A stretch of 64,000 bases of DNA from Octopus sinensis (taxonomy: Eukaryota): NCBI RefSeq assembly GCF_006345805.1, contig NC_043004.1, positions 35,588,001 through 35,652,000 on the forward strand, read 5' to 3'. A program made the position numbers and the translations under genes. Below, one piece after another: positions 1-12,540 of the stretch; positions within the stretch are counted from its first letter, which is position 1; each line of letters begins with the position of its first letter. The notes below the pieces were generated by a model. That model was not told the origin of the DNA and made no database searches. It saw only the letters and a program-made list of their open reading frames with translations.

Positions 1-149
1 AACTGAAAATGAAATAATCATTTAATAAATCAAAACACATTAATTCTAACATTTTTATATTCCTGTCTACAAAATTATGAACAAAGTCCCTCAAACACAC
101 AAGTTTCAAATACAAGCAACCTCTGTATAGACATTTTATATAAATTTTT

Positions 150-1900
150 GACTTTCACTCTTGGAATGACTGTAAAGTCCTGTTGAAGTAATATATTGAC
201 TTTGATTACAAAATAATTTTAGGTTAAAAAGGTTTCTGGCAATCTTTTGTTTCATGTGCCTAAAATGCAAGAACAACAAAGAGAAAAGAAAAGAACAGCA
301 AAGCCATTTCGTATTTCCATACATTGGAGATGTTTCCAACACTGCTGTGAAAGAGAAGGAAATATCCAGAGATTGTTCAAAGCTTTGCTGATATCAAGGA
401 TGATATCATTGCTCTGCTTAAATTCGGCCAAGGCAAGAATCCAATGGTGGATGAGAGGAGAATAGGTCACCAGTGAATCCAGTTTTATGGAAACTGTAGT
501 GGAGGTCATTAAGGAGATAGCGATAGAGAAAGAGAGAGATTGTGGAGGACATTATTGTTAATAGTTGCCTGCATTATATCAGAAATATTAAAAGTGAGTG
601 CGGCAGAATAATAGTTGGCAAGATAAGAGAGGCTATCTGTCTTTGAGATGGAACACACATGAGGGTGTCCAAAAATCAGGATAGCTCTCTGTGGAGAGAA
701 CAGAATTGAAGAGTTTGGTGAGTATTGAAATAAACTGTGAGATGCAAGGTTTGAAGATAATTGAAGGGACACCATCAGGACTGGTGACTTCATTGATTTG
801 AATTGCCTGAAAGTAGATACCCATTTAATGCGTACATAAGCAATTAGTGAACTTGGGTAAGTGGGAAAGGAATGGCATTTTGAGGATGTTTAAGAAGTGT
901 GTGCTAAAGGGAGTTGGTTGGATAGTGGGCAGTGAATATTGGTGCTTCTTGTGCATGGGTGGTTCTTTGAGTTCCATCATTGTTGTGAAGTGGACAGAAT
1001 GAGGATTTGGCAAAGTGGTCGAAATCTTTTTAGCAAGGACCAAAATGATAGGTTTGTAGATTAGAAGGCAATATAGCTAGAGAGTTCAACAATGGATGAA
1101 CTCATATTTTTACTGCTCAGCTAATAACTTTGCAAATGTTACAATAGTGTGTAAATGCCACCCAGTGTTTGAGGGTAGGCAAGTTTTGCCAGGTGCTGTG
1201 GGCCCTGCATTTTACCTGAACTACTTCAGCACAACCATGAGTCAAGTGCTTGAAGGTTTTCAGGTGTTGGATTTTTGTTATATGCAGACTGTGGAGGGGG
1301 CCTACCTTGAAGGATAGAATCAGTCGTTCATCAAACGGTCCCTGATGGCACAAGTGTAAAAGATTTATGATACACCTGGTGTAATTGGCATAAAACTAGC
1401 AGAACTTCGACCAACTGGTTATCTTGAAATAATATAGGGTGCACGACACAGGGAGTGTTGTATGGTAGTTACGTTAGTGTTGAGTAGTTGCACTCAGGTT
1501 GTGATAGGTTCAGAGACAGTTATAGTTTGATAAAGTTAATGTTTGGTGAGAACAAGATCAAGGGTATTTGGATTACCCAAATAACCCTTGATGTGTGTTG
1601 GATATGAGCCAGGTCAATGAAGAACGTTAAGTATAGCAAGAGACTTGGCTTCTACGCTGGGAATACAAGTGTGCAATGAGTGAGAGACATGAGGAGAGGT
1701 GAAGTCACAGAGGATGAGGACTTCAGAGATTGGTGAAGTAAGATATGAGAGAGGAAATGGCTGGAGAGAGATGTCAGTCATGGAAATAGTGCCACAGGTA
1801 ACACAGATATATTTTGAGGAGTAAGAAGAGAAGGACGTTTGATCTAGAATAGTCGGAATTCATTACTGGTGATATCCAGGTGAGAAAGGTGAGTGACAGG
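150..1900 (-). mobile_element. Degenerate APE-RT LINE (CR1/L2/Jockey group), endonuclease end plus RT N-terminal part
   Basis: Minus-strand frames give RT-like motifs 'SPDGVPSIIFKPCISQFISILTKLFNSVLSTESYPDFW' (633-824) and 'IILDISKALNNLW' (252-509, decayed LDISKAFD). An endonuclease-end 'TLDLVLTK' motif lies near 1545-1570. Order is EN to RT on the minus strand, with many stops and frameshifts. Confidence 0.75.
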
Positions 1901-1914
1901 GAGAATCTATATAA

Positions 1915-2374
1915 GCACAGGCATCATTCCTGTCTTCAAAAAAGGTCACAGAGCAGACTGTGGAAGCAACCGAAGAATATCTCTTCTATCAACAGCTGGA
2001 AAGATCTTGGCTCATATTTTATAAAATAGACTAAATAAGTATATTTGTCCAATTGTGAAAGAAGCTCTATGGATATGATCTTCTGTCTTGGTTAAATTCA
2101 GGAAAAATGAATTGACTGGAACACATATTCATAGACTTCACAAAGGCCTTCAACACAGTATTGTGGGATGGATTTTGGGTGGTTCTTAAGAAATATGGAT
2201 GTCCTTGAAAGTTCACCAACTTGGTCAGGTCTCTGCATGAAAGAATGCAGGCATTTTCAGTACAAAATAATGATACCCCAAGCAAGTTTGTAGTAACAAA
2301 TGAAGTTAAACGAGGGTGCCTACTTGTTCCAGTACAGTTCTCCTTCTATTTCACAGTAGTGTTGGAAATATCAC
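1915..2374 (+). mobile_element. RTE-clade LINE reverse transcriptase fragment
   Basis: Manual translation gives IIPVFKKGHRADCGSNRRISLLSTAGKILAHIL...FIDFTKAFNTV...VLKKYGCP*KFTNLVRSLHERM...VKRGCLLVPVQF, matching the RTE/BovB-type RT pattern. Interrupted by stops. Confidence 0.85.
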
Positions 2375-2427
2375 CAATGTAAGAAACTATGAGTAGCTCA
2401 TAACTAATAACTGTGTACATTAAACAG

Positions 2428-2465
<38 letters not shown>

Positions 2466-2508
2466 ATATGTGTGTGTGTGTATATATATCTATACCTCTC
2501 TATCTATA

Positions 2509-2617
2509 TACAAGGGGTGTATGAAAAGTTTTGAGCTTTCAAGGCCTTTGAGCCTTGACTTCATGTCCCATGTTTTGTTTTTTTGAGGCTCAAGACTTTT
2601 CATACACCCCTCATGTA
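2509..2617. mobile_element. Mariner-type MITE, copy 1 (~110 bp)
   Basis: Ends tacaaggggtgtatgaaaagttttgagc ... gctcaagacttttcatacacccctcatgta form imperfect TIRs bounded by TA. Confidence 0.7.
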
Positions 2618-2628
2618 TGTATATGTGC

Positions 2629-2668
<40 letters not shown>

Positions 2669-2679
2669 GCACATATACA

Positions 2680-2788
2680 TACATGAGGGGTGTATGAAAA
2701 GTCTTGAGCCTCAAAAAAACAAAACATGGGACATGAAGTCAAGGCTCAAAGGCCTTGAAAGCTCAAAACTTTTCATACACCCCTTGTA
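2680..2788. mobile_element. Mariner-type MITE, copy 2 (exact inverted duplicate of copy 1)
   Basis: Reverse complement of 2509-2617. The ORF track gives identical 74-aa translations at 2490-2714(-) and 2583-2807(+). Confidence 0.7.
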
Positions 2789-2813
2789 TATAGATAGAGA
2801 GGTATAGATATAT

Positions 2814-2866
<53 letters not shown>

Positions 2867-2877
2867 TATATATATAG

Positions 2878-3140
2878 TTTCATCGAAGCGAAATTCCAAA
2901 GCAAGATTTAACTATCACACCTTAAGATTTAGACACTGGAATAAACAAAAGACTACCAAATTATCCAGTTATATATGGTTCTTAAAAGAACAAGGTGTCA
3001 ACTACAATAGTTACTAGAATGAGAACCCAGGTTCAAAATTTCCCCAAGACATCTGATGAAGGCTGGAGGGTATATCAGCCGAAACATTGTGTTAACAACA
3101 AACAAGATGAGGACAAATATCCATCAAATGTAAGTAATGT
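2878..3140 (+). mobile_element. Penelope-like element fragment: GIY-YIG endonuclease C-terminal part plus 3'/pLTR segment
   Basis: 2880-3017 translates as SSKRNSKARFNYHTLRFRHWNKQKTTKLSSYIWFLKEQGVNYNSY*, matching the Penelope GIY-YIG pattern (FKxRxNNHxxSFRH...TxLSxYIWxLK). It is followed by the hammerhead-bearing segment also seen at 45.5-46.0 kb. Confidence 0.75.
3047..3093 (+). ncRNA. Minimal hammerhead ribozyme motif (PLE-type)
   Basis: agacat-CTGATGA-a-GGCTG-gagggtatat-CAGCC-GAAAC-att-gtgtt: core boxes, a 5-bp stem II, and stem I (agacat/gtgtt with G-U pairs). The helix III G is replaced by A here (likely CpG decay). Confidence 0.6.
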
Positions 3141-5058
3141 ATACATATATACACTCACACACACACAAAAGATTTTACTTTTCATGATTTATTTGTCTTA
3201 AATTCTTGATATCTACAGCAATATTTTCCCTTTGGTATAATTATCATTATGTCTCTTATCCATATACATTTGCCATTTATGTTATTCAGTTTTGATTTGA
3301 ATTTTGACTCATTTGTAACATTTTTTTTTATTTTTCATCAAATCAGTTGTTGTTATCCAACAGATTCCAGTAATTTCCAAAAAGTCACATTCTCTGATGT
3401 TCAAACAGTTTTAAATGTTTATTTGATGACTTAGCAAATCATTATCTCTGCACCATTTATAAACACTTATAAGCCATTTTATTTATTGTTGTTTTCCATT
3501 TTCAATCAAACATTGTGTTGATGATGGTTACTGAGCCAGAAACACAGTCCTCTTATCTCCAGACAATAAACTTGTCTTTTTCCTTAATGGCATCTCAACT
3601 TTGAATTCTTGATTCTTGAGGTTATTTCTTCTTTACATATGAAGCCAGTCTCCTTTGCTATTTATTTGGTCATTATGATGCATCCTCTAGAGGTAAAGAT
3701 GGTTTAGATAAATCAAGAATTGATGTTGTACGGTATTTGATATACCTGTATTTGTCGATACTGTTTTCTTCATTTTGTATGGTACATATGCACCCACAAG
3801 TGAGTAAGTATGCATGTGTGTGCATGTGTGTGTATGTAGACATACATACATACACACACAGACATATGTATATGTGCGTGTGTATAAATATACATACATA
3901 AAAGTAAATATATGCCAGTATCCCAAATTTCTCGTGAGAACATTCTGTCTGTTTGGATGACAAAAATATATTCATACATAGATTAATCAGCTACAGGAAT
4001 TCTTTGCAAGACAATTTAATAAAGTCTCTTCATTATAGATTAAATTAATTATCTCTCCTCTTTATAGTGGAGAATCGCTACTTATTCAATCAAATCCAAC
4101 TACAACTATGCAAAAATCAATTTCCACCATGATAAAAAAAATATGAAGAAAAACCAATGCCAAAAAAAGAAAAATGAAGTAGAATGTAATAAGAAAATTA
4201 ATATTGAAAAATATGACTTTGTAGCTCTGTCACATGATGTTTTTATTTATTTTTTTTTATTACCAATTAAAATTCTTTATTAAGAAAAACAGGTTTTTAC
4301 AACATTAGGAGAATAATAAGGTTCCTACAACCAAATGGAATTATGGAATTATAATTTATGAAGCAAGAATGGAAAATATAAGTAATAAATGTTTCGACTC
4401 TGCAACCATTTATTTCAAATTTATACAGTAGATCAAAGCTTGTTTGAGTGTTTAAAAACACGTTTATATGCTTAGAACATATTTAGTTTTGTTGCAGAAT
4501 AATATTGGGGTTATAATGGTAGATATATCTTTTTAGCTAGTCATGTGACTACAACTAAACCAACAGCTTCAAGCTGCTTAGCACTCTTCTGATTTACACA
4601 CACTTCGTCATATGCCCTTACAAAAAGTGATTGGTTGTTTTACATACTTTAGTCTACAGCAAGACTAAATTAGTTTTAATCATATGTAATTTGTTTTTAA
4701 ATATATTAGATAAGATTTTATTATCTGAACTAATTAGTAACCCTCAGGTGTATGGTAGCTTGTTTAATTAATTAATTCAGAATATCTTGGCCATTGTTTT
4801 CTACAATGTGTGTGTGCATGTGCATACACACAGATATAAAGCATATATGCACATAGATCATTATATATATGAATATATACATGCACACATACACATGCAT
4901 ACATATGCACATATGTACACAAAAATGCATACATACATGTCTTGTGTATGAGTATGTATGAGATTTGTTATTGCAAGCAATAAAAGGACAAGGCAAATAA
5001 ACACATTATAGGATATATAGATATATTCTATATATATATATACACACACACATACACA

Positions 5059-5105
<47 letters not shown>

Positions 5106-5890
5106 TCATATTCAAAAGTCAGAATGACTGCTCAATACAGCATCAGTGGATAAATATTTTTTTTGTGGATTAACAAGGGTACCAATGGTTCCATGTGAAA
5201 AGATCTTTGCATGAAACCATCGTCAGCCTTTTAACCCACAAATGATGTGTGTGTGTGTGTATTTACGTGTGTATGTTTGTATGTATGTATGCATCATTTG
5301 ACATTGCTATTGTTGTTACTAAGTATTCCCGCCATCTCCACCCAAGTAAGTTTAATGCAGGGCAATTAGAAGTCTTATATTTACAAATCCTCTGAAAAGA
5401 TATCCCATTAAATGTCTTGATTCAGTCATTTCTGTCCTGTCAAACAACAGAATGTATCATGAAGTTATTTCAGTTTTTTGGCCGGAACGTAACAGCTCGG
5501 TCAGATTCGGGCTCCCATTGCTTTCCACTTAATGAATGTGGTGTGTTTTACAAAGATAATACAAAGCTGCTTCTCCAGCAGTGCTGTGACATATTTATTC
5601 CATGCAACCAACCAGTTGTTATGTTGCCAGTAAACCAGCTTAACGTATGTAAGGTTGGAGTTGGTTTATAGGTTGTGATTGGAATATTGAGGAGTGACAT
5701 AGTAACTGTAATAGTTGCTGCGAGATAGTTGCTATAGGTAAATCCTGTTGGTTATGATGTTGCGTGCATGGAACTTGGAGTGAGTGGATGTTTTTATGCA
5801 TTCTTTGGTAAAATATTTCATCTAGAATTCTATTTCAGCAGACAGATATGTCAAATGTTTTATCATTGCTGATATGGTTGTCTAAATAAA

Positions 5891-6103
5891 GAAGTGAGCT
5901 TGCAGAATCGTTACCATGCCACGAGAAATGCTTAGCAGCATTTCGTCTGTTTTACATTCTGAGTTCAAACTCCACTGAGGTCGATTTTGCCTTCCACCCT
6001 TTCAGGGTCGATAAAATAAGTACCAGTTGAACACTGGGGGTGATATAATCAACTTACCCACATCCTTGAAATTGCTGGCCTTGTGCCAAAATATGAAACC
6101 AAT
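5891..6103 (+). mobile_element. tRNA-headed SINE, family A
   Basis: Shared core ttctgagttcaaa(t/c)tcc...gaggtcga(c/t)tttgcctt(t/c)ca(t/c)cctttc(a/g)gggtcgataaaataagtaccag, with a B-box-like GAGTTCAAA. About 25 copies in the window. Confidence 0.8.
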
Positions 6104-8589
6104 ATGGTTATCTAAAAATCTTTAAGTTCAATTTAATGAATTTGTTGAGGACTTGTTTTATGAATGAGAACCAGGAGCAGCTGATAATTAATGGATCATT
6201 TTTTTTTTTTTAATGATTAGCGAGACTAAGAGCTCTCTTTCATGCTTGTCATGGTTAAAATGCAACATCACATGGATTATATTCTTATCAGATCCCTATA
6301 ATACACAAGGTCTAAATCCAAAACTCCAGCGTTTTCCAAAAGATCACCCTCATAACTAATTCACAAATCAATATGGGTTACCTTGGTAACATATTTTATA
6401 CATCAACATTTTAATGCCCCATATTTTGCCAGTTTTTAGCCAATATATGGTATACAATAGTTTTGATTAGAGCAATTCTATGTATCAATCAGCTTTGGGA
6501 TTGCTTAAGGTCTGGTGGAATTTAAATGACACACCATGTGAATTAAATGGTATAATGTATTGTTGCTGGTTATTTTGTATCATCTCTGGGGTAACACATT
6601 TCTTATGAAGAGGTATAAAACTGAATATTCTTTGGAAATCTGCAAAACCAGCATTTCCCCAATACAGTTAGTTGTTTCTATTTTATATCCTACAACATAA
6701 TTATTATTCAGTTTATTAACTCAGGAAGGAAGTAAAGAAAAATCAATAATCACAGGATCCTAAAACAAAACCCTTACTTTCACTTTTGAATTCATGGTTT
6801 TTGTTTTGCTTTTTTTCAATTTCCACAGTCTGACTCCCTATATCTCTGCTTCGTTGCATTATTCATGGCTACCCTTGATACTGTCTCATATCTGTTAAAC
6901 ACCATCAAAGTTGATTTAGTTAAACCATAGTAATTCAATTATTTTTCTTTTTCTTGTAGACTCTCAAATACAAACATGATGCCCTCACGGAGCCGTAAAT
7001 CTTAAACCCTAAAACTCTCTTGCACATTTTAGAAATATGAACATCCAAGTCTTTAAGCTTGTTTCTATTCCCTGAAATAAAAGTGTCTAATTTCAGGTTT
7101 GTTTTTCTATCAAAAATGCACATTTCAAATAGATTTTGGCAGTCAGAGAACATTATCATAAAACACAAAACATAGAATTCTTCTGAGAACCCTAAAGTTG
7201 ATCATGATTTTTCTGCTGCAGTAGTGTCGGACAAGATGTAAATTTTTACAAAAAGAACAAAGTATAGAGTTAATATGGGAATAATATTTTAAGATAAAAA
7301 CTAACATTCAGTTGTGGAGCAAAAATATTGAATTCACACATTGTAACACAGTACAATATGTACAAACTGTCCCTCATTTCCTGTCCATTTTCCCTGTGTG
7401 ATGTGTGCATATTTGTCTGGGTCTTTGTGAATGTTTATATTCTGCACCTTGCATGTAACAATGCTAAGTTACTCTCCAATCTAAAAATGAATGAAATGAA
7501 AATTTCTCATTTGAAAGACTGGTGTTAGTGACAGGAAAGGCATCATTTTGTAAATCCATGCCTCGTTAATAGGTATTCATCTAACCCATGCTAACATGGT
7601 CAAAGAGATGTAAAATAAACATGCACATCTTATGCTGTATTTATAAATGTACTTAAATCTTAACCATTTATATCTGGGGTCACTTCAATCACCTTGGTAC
7701 TTCCTAATGATGCAAAACTAGGAATTAAGATACTACAAAAAAACAGTTTGTGAGGTTCAAATGGATGTAAACAGAGATAGCTGCTTCCAGTATATATCAA
7801 GCATTATGAAAAACAAAGAAAAATATCTCACGTTTATTTGATCAAGTAAATATAGTGCTTTTGTTTTTAACCAGCTTTCAGTAACATAAACAGGAATAAC
7901 GAAACAATATATTGAGGTAAATGCAACTTCACTCAGCCTGTTCTTATTCAATGGTCTTTGTATTTGAGTGAGAAATTATTGTTATTTCATATGATGTTTA
8001 ATAAACATAAAAATATTAATTGAATAAGGATCACAAAGACCACAACATATCCTTGAAGAAGACCTCAACTTCCATTACCTGAAATCAGTTTGCAGTTCAG
8101 CCAACACACAGCTTTCCTACCAACAGAATAATATTATTTGCTATAGAGTCATAGAAATTAAACCATAATGCTGGTCATATATCTATCCCCTTGCCTTAGA
8201 AATACTGGCTATTTATTCCACTGTACATATATAACTCTAAGAAGTTGGTAATAGATTTCTTATAGTATGTAAATAAAGAGCTGATTGTTGCTAAAGGCCT
8301 TGCTTAATTTGAAACTGGCTTCCATCCAAATTGTATGCCAATAAAAGCGCTGATATATCATGCTGTCACTTGGAAGCAGAATTAAAATGTAATCTTAAAT
8401 GAAGTCACTTTAAACAAATGGTGGCTATCCATCTGATTTATCAGTCGTTATTCCAAGAAAATGCTGGTTTGGGATTATTATCTATTAATAACAAAAGCAT
8501 AGGTGTGCATATTTTAAGAGACTAACAGCAAATATAAAGAACAATGACAATACAATCTTCTGATTCCATCTATTGTTATTGCCATTGTT

Positions 8590-9128
8590 AAGGCAACAAG
8601 CTCGCAGAACCGTTAGCATGCTTAGCAGCTTTTAATCCATCTTTTGTTCTGAGCTCAAATTCTGCTGAGGTCAACTTGGCTTTCATCCTTTTGAGTTAAT
8701 AAAAATAAATATTATTTATAAACTGGGGTTGATGAAATCAACTAGACCCCTTCTCCAAAATTTGAAGCCATGTGCCTGTAACAGAAAGGATCATTGTTAT
8801 GGCAGCAAGCTGGAAGAATCCTGGACTTCAATTCCTGCAGAGGTCAACTTTGCCTTTCAGGGTGGGTGAAACAAGTACTAGTTAGTCATTTCAGGTCCAG
8901 AAAGAATAATTAAGATGGTGAGCTGACAGAATCATTAGCATGTCAGACAAAATCATCACTTGGCATTTTATCCATCTTTATCCACTGAGTTCAAATTCCA
9001 CTGTAGCAAACTTTGCCTTTTGTTCTTTTGGAGTCAATGAAATAAATACCAGTTGAGCCCTGAGGTTGATGTTATCACGTAGCCCTCTATCCACAAATTT
9101 CAGGCCTTATGTCAATAGTAGAAATGAT
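8590..9128 (+). mobile_element. Three head-to-tail family A SINE copies
   Basis: Heads at about 8590, 8800 and 8910, each with the gagttc/gctcaaattc...ctttgcctttc core. The last copy ends in (ATT)n. Confidence 0.75.
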
Positions 9129-9131
9129 TGC

Positions 9132-9173
<42 letters not shown>

Positions 9174-9181
9174 GATTATTT

Positions 9182-9778
9182 TGTTTAACTTTTGCTTTGC
9201 ATAAGTTGGCTCCAAGTCTAACCCAGAGACCTCAAGAGACAAGTTAGAAGTTCATGTTAGTGTTATGCCTAGGGTGCCATATATTTGGTTTTGAACTTAG
9301 TGTTGTACTAGTGAATGTCTAAGAAACCATAGGAAAATTATGTGTTTGTTTTAAAATTTGAGATTACATAGAAAGTATTTTGTGTAGGATATGGGCAGTT
9401 CCCATGAGCACTATCTTTTGAATTTCTGCTATTTTGGGGTTTCCTGGTATCTGAGCTAGGTAGCAATCAGCCCCGATTGCTATCATTCCTAGGGCACCTA
9501 TGACAACAGGTATTGTTTTAGTCCTCAGGTTCCACATTTTGCTAATTTCTATTTCAAGATCTTTATACTTGCTCAGTTTTTGGTAGGTCTTGACAGATAC
9601 GTTTATATCAATTGGGACAGTCATATCAATGAGGAGGCATGATTTTTGTCTGAAGTCTTTCAATATAATGTCTGGCCTATTTGCATCTGTCTTTCTGTCA
9701 GTTTGAATGGTGAATTTCCAGAGCAGTGAGATGCAATCATTTTCAAGCACTGGAGGTTGTTTGTGTTCCCACCAGTTT
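9182..9778 (-). mobile_element. 5'-truncated Dong/R4-like RLE non-LTR retrotransposon (PD-(D/E)xK endonuclease C-terminus plus 3' UTR)
   Basis: ORF 9364-9750: LLWKFTIQTDRKTDANRPDIILKD...CLLIDMTVP...KLSKYKDL...IPVVIGALG. Flanked by (ATT)n at 9131-9181 and 9780-9810. Confidence 0.9.
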
Positions 9779-9962
9779 TTATTATTATCATTATTATCAT
9801 TATTATTATTATCATCATTATCATTATTACTACTACTGCTGCTACTACTACTACTACTACTACTACTACTATCGGTGCATGCTTGACCTGGGGTTTATTT
9901 TTCACAGTTTTGAGAAGTTTCCAGTGGCGAATATTCTTTCACTGTTTTCTAGATCACTTAGT

Positions 9963-10242
9963 TTGATCAGAATCTGCCAACTAGTGAACTTGCCTGGAAT
10001 TTCTGCAGACAAATTGGAGCTGGTTTTTGTATCAATATTGTCTGCTGAATCAGATGCTGTTGCAGGCATATTGTCTGGTGCTTCTTTCAACAGTGGCACT
10101 TTTTATTGAGAGAAGCACCAGACAATATGCCCGCTGCAGAATCTAATTCAGAGAATGTTATTGATACTAAAAGCAGCTCTAATGTCTGTTAGAAAATTCA
10201 AATTCCAGGGAAGTTAACCAGCTAGCAGATTCTGATCAAGCT
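9963..10242. repeat. Diverged inverted repeat (~125-bp arms, ~25-bp loop)
   Basis: The reverse complement of 9963-10085 aligns with 10111-10240 (agaagcaccagacaatatgcc...gcagattctgatcaa), with substitutions and one indel block. Confidence 0.85.
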
Positions 10243-10919
10243 GTTGTTGTTGTCATCGTTATTATTATTTAGCAATTTCAAATAGGATTCCACATTATAA
10301 TAATCTTACTTACAGGGTTGACTATAAAGACTGTACAGCTGTTCAGTTTCGAAGCTGTCAAGAATCTCCATTTGATGGCTGCAACTGTAAGAAAGGTTGG
10401 CAGAATGATGAGACTTTACAGACTGTGGAACCAAGATAGACAATAACTAGTTTATTTGCCAAATCAAAGAGACAAATAGGCCTATTTGATTAGGTAAATA
10501 GGGTAAGAGATGGCCAATTAGCAGAAATGTAAGAAAAGTTTGTTTACCTCACAATTGTGTAAAAGACAAAGATTAAAAGCTGAAGAAGTGTAGCATCTCA
10601 CTAAGTCTAGCTTCAGCTTTCAGATTGTGTCAAAGCCACTGATCTGACAGCCATGTCCAACTCAAAATATCCTACCTGCTTTATGTTCAAACTGGCCAGA
10701 TCCGGCCTCTCACACCTACCTGACAATGACATTCAAAACACAAACAATCTCAAACCTATGGGGAAATGCATGTCTAATTCACCTCAATGTGAATAAATAA
10801 AGAATACATTTGACAGAGTAATCTAAATGGATTAAGGATTAAAGTGACGACATGAATGAATTAAGGATTAAAGTGATGAGCATCTTTTTGGTTTGGCTTT
10901 CATGTTTTCCTTTTTTGTT

Positions 10920-11430
10920 TTTGTTTCATTCATTGGACTGTGGCCATGCTGGAGCACCACCTTCTGGTCCTTATGTTGAACAAACTGACTCCAGTATTTA
11001 TCTTTTTAAGTCTTTTTCTTGCTCTATCAGTCTCTTTCGCCAAACCACTAAATTACAGGGATGTAAACAAACTCACTCCAGTTATCAAGCAATAGTGGGT
11101 GATAAATATAAAGGCACACACACATAGATACACACACACACATATATATAGAGAGAGACAGACAGATAGACAGGCAGGCAGACATCACAGATAGATAAAG
11201 AGAGCGAGATAGACAGACAGACAGATTGATAGATAGTGACGGTTACAGATAGAAATATAACAGACTTCTTTCAGTTTTTGCCCCACCTCCCACCCCCAGA
11301 TCCAATCCTAAGGCTTTGGTTGGCCTGAGGCTAGAGTAGAAGTCACTTGTCCAAGGTGTCCCATACTGGGACTGAAGCTGGAATCACATGGTTGGGAAGC
11401 AAGCTTCTTACCACACAGCCACACTTGCAT
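10920..11430 (-). mobile_element. tRNA-headed SINE, family B (decayed, with internal microsatellite)
   Basis: Aligns with 27270-27672: gccatgctggagcacc... and cacttg(t/c)ccaaggtg...gggactgaa...cttaccacacagccac. Confidence 0.7.
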
Positions 11431-12184
11431 CTACACAGAGTCCAGTTCTTCATATTGGTAAAGTTACCTGCAATAAAATATTTCTCATCTCTTTAGCACT
11501 GGTGTTAGATTAAGGCTTATGGATCTATGAGATTTGCACAGGTTTGGAATAATTATTGATTTTCCCCACACATATTATGACAGTTATAGTAACTTTTATG
11601 ACCAGAGATGTCCATTTATAAGTTGTAAGCTATTTTCATCAATTCCCAGAGGATGAAGCTCCTATTTACGACTAATGAATGAACAAGCTAATGCTAAAGC
11701 CACTAAGTGGTCACATAACTAGCTAGAAATAACAGCTACATTTCATTCTAAATATACCTCACTGATATATGATGATCAGTGCTGGAATACCATTGATCTT
11801 AGGCCTGCTGAATCAAGGTTGCCTAGGGTTAAACTAGCAGGTGAATGGAAGTGTGTAGAAAAACATTTTCTGCCACAAAACATAATATTTTGAAGTCATG
11901 ATGTTAAGAATTTGGGAACAGGTTTCCTTGAAGAAATAGTAAAAGGTTTATCATAGCTAAAGACAGCTTAATTTGAAACTAGCAGCTGAACACTGTAAAC
12001 AATAAGCTCATTATATTATCAATATTATTATAAATCTTTCCTAATAATAAAAGCTTTTGTACATTTTTCCTGGTAGCTTACTTTAAAAATATGAACAAAT
12101 ATTTTATTGTGACAGACTGGTTGGAACAAAGCAAGATATTCAACCAGTAAATGATGGCAGGAAATTCTAACACAGATTTATCAT

Positions 12185-12238
12185 ATCATTGCACACTCTC
12201 ACACATAATTACATATATACATACACACATACACATGC

Positions 12239-12283
<45 letters not shown>

Positions 12284-12402
12284 CATACATATATATATAT
12301 ATATATATACATATATATACATATATATATATACATATATACATATATATATATACATATATATACATAATATATATACATATATATACATACATAATAT
12401 AC

Positions 12403-12439
<37 letters not shown>

Positions 12440-12468
12440 CATATATATATATACATATATATACATAC

Positions 12469-12514
<46 letters not shown>

Positions 12515-12540
12515 ATATATATTCAAGTGTGTATATGGTA
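12185..12540. repeat. Compound (TA)n/(TACA)n microsatellite
   Basis: About 350 bp composed almost entirely of TA and TACA units. Explains the five overlapping Y/I-rich ORFs. Confidence 0.95.

Noticed and set aside
3673-3790. Possible terminal exon (...TTSILDLSKPSLPLEDAS*)
   Set aside because: Poor polypyrimidine tract, the upstream frame runs through a microsatellite, and no homology was recognised.
6960-7096. Plus-strand exon between a strong acceptor (ttttcttgtag) and CAG|GTTTGT
   Set aside because: All three frames contain stops within 50 nt. It could only be terminal or non-coding, and nothing else supports it.
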